Assembly (NCBI RefSeq): GCF_009914755.1 | Contig: NC_060941.1 | Length of the DNA stretch: 64,000 nt | DNA from: the human T2T-CHM13v2.0 reference genome, Homo sapiens | Direction: 5' to 3' (one strand) | In this document: piece by piece, positions 61,230 to 64,000 of the stretch | How positions within the stretch are numbered: position 1 is the stretch's first letter | Layout of the letters: every line of letters begins with the position of its first letter | Notes under the pieces: generated by a model | The model's input: only the letters and a program-made list of their open reading frames with translations | Database searches by the model: none | Told to the model about the DNA's origin: nothing | Position numbers and translations under genes: made by a program

Positions 61230-61555
61230 AACATATTGCTCTATGTATTGCTATGTGACAAACCACCCCAAAACTTCGTGGCTTCAGCAAAAATATGTGA
61301 TTGTTGCTCATGGTTCTGTGGGTTGCTGGACTTACCTGATAACTCTCACTCAGGATTTGCAGTGTCAGCCAATCTGAAGCCTCAACTCCGCTGGACAGTC
61401 TGGGATCTGATGCTATCTTCAAGTGGATAGTGTCAGAATTGAATTGAATTATTGACACCCAGCTAGTATCTGCTGCAGAACTGCTTGATGTGTGGGGACC
61501 TCTCACTCCAACACACACACACACACACACATATTTTGGTGTCAGAAACATCATA
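61230..61555. mobile_element. MLT1-like end fused to a MER21-like LTR fragment with (CA)n
   Basis: TATTGCTATGTGACAAACCACCCCAAAACTT (MLT1 terminus), then GGGATCTGATGCTATCTTCAAGTGGATAGTGTCAGAATTGAATTGAATT...ACACCCAGCTAGTATCTGCTGCAGAACTGCTTG (MER21-like). (CA)n at 61511-61530. Confidence 0.7.
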
Positions 61556-62047
61556 AGTGTTGATATTTCCTATCTCAAATAGTAGCCACCTTTGGAGACT
61601 ATCTACTGCACTTACATGAGTTGCAAAACTACTTGAGACAGAACCAGGCCAACGAGGGATAGTTGTTTTTTTGTTTGTTTGTTTGCTTTGTTTTTTGTTT
61701 TGTTCTGAGATGGAGTTTCCCTCTTGTTGCCCAGGCTGGAGTGCAATGATGTGATCTCGCCTCACCACAACCTCCACCTCCTGTGTTCAAGCGATTCTCC
61801 TGCCTCAGATTCCTGAGTAGCTGGGATTACAGGCATGCGCCACCACGCAAGGCTAATTTTTGTATTATTGATGGAGATGGGGTTTCTCCATGTTGGTCAG
61901 TGGTCTCGAACTCCCGACCTCAGGTGATCTGCTTGCCTCCGCCTCCCAAAGTGCTGGGATTACAGGCGTGAGCCACCGCACCTGGCCCAATAGTTTTTAT
62001 TTATTTACTTGTTTATTATTTTTTCTTTTCTTTTCTTTTTTTCTTGA

Positions 62048-62609
<562 letters not shown>

Positions 62610-62639
62610 TAGTTTTTTATTTGCAGTGTACAATGTTTT

Positions 62640-62850
62640 CTAGTCCAGTGCTTCACAGGCCTCTGTGAATACAAATTGCCTGCGGATCTTGTTCAAATGC
62701 AGATTCTGATTCAGTGGATCTGGGAAACCATCCTCAGTCGGTTCTTGACTATTTAAACAAAAACTGGGAAACCCCTGAGATTCTTCATTTCTGAGCTCCC
62801 AGATGATGCCCATACTGCTATTCACCTTTTTTCCCCCACTTTGTAAGGCT
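62640..62850. mobile_element. MER5A-like hAT MITE
   Basis: GGATCTTGTTCAAATGCAGATTCTGATTCAGTGGATCTGGG...GCTCCCAGATGATGCC. Confidence 0.75.
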
Positions 62851-62889
62851 TTGCATAGAGAAGTTCCCCTCCTGGCACTAACCATTCTT

Positions 62890-64000
<1,111 letters not shown>

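Overview
Human (primate) genomic DNA that I recognise as the gene-dense 17p13.1 interval. It holds the last 12 coding exons and 3' UTR of CHD3 (+), the two-exon RING gene RNF227 (-, 190 aa), KCNAB3/Kv-beta3 (-, 14 coding exons, 404 aa), TRAPPC1 (-, 145 aa) and CNTROB/centrobin (+, 19 coding exons, 903 aa; 925 aa with an alternative donor). TRAPPC1 and CNTROB share a bidirectional CpG-island promoter. The last ~21 kb has no intact gene: it is mostly Alu, L1, LTR and hAT-MITE repeats plus an Alu-interrupted RPL21 retrocopy. Exon chains were assembled by hand from GT/AG boundaries, and for the four complete genes the summed lengths close in frame at a stop. I found no CRISPR array, tRNA or rRNA, and I cannot support a wholly new biological system. 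The best leads are RNA-processing and sequence-level ones: a U12-type intron in CHD3; a Ser-to-Tyr change in the NADP(H)-binding WSPL motif of Kv-beta3; inverted Alu pairs bracketing KCNAB3 exon 8 and phase-0 CNTROB exon blocks; a sense LTR with AATAAA in CNTROB intron 10; an overlapping uORF at the CNTROB start; and unexplained splice signals ~2 kb past CNTROB. Repeat boundaries and subfamilies are approximate (by eye).
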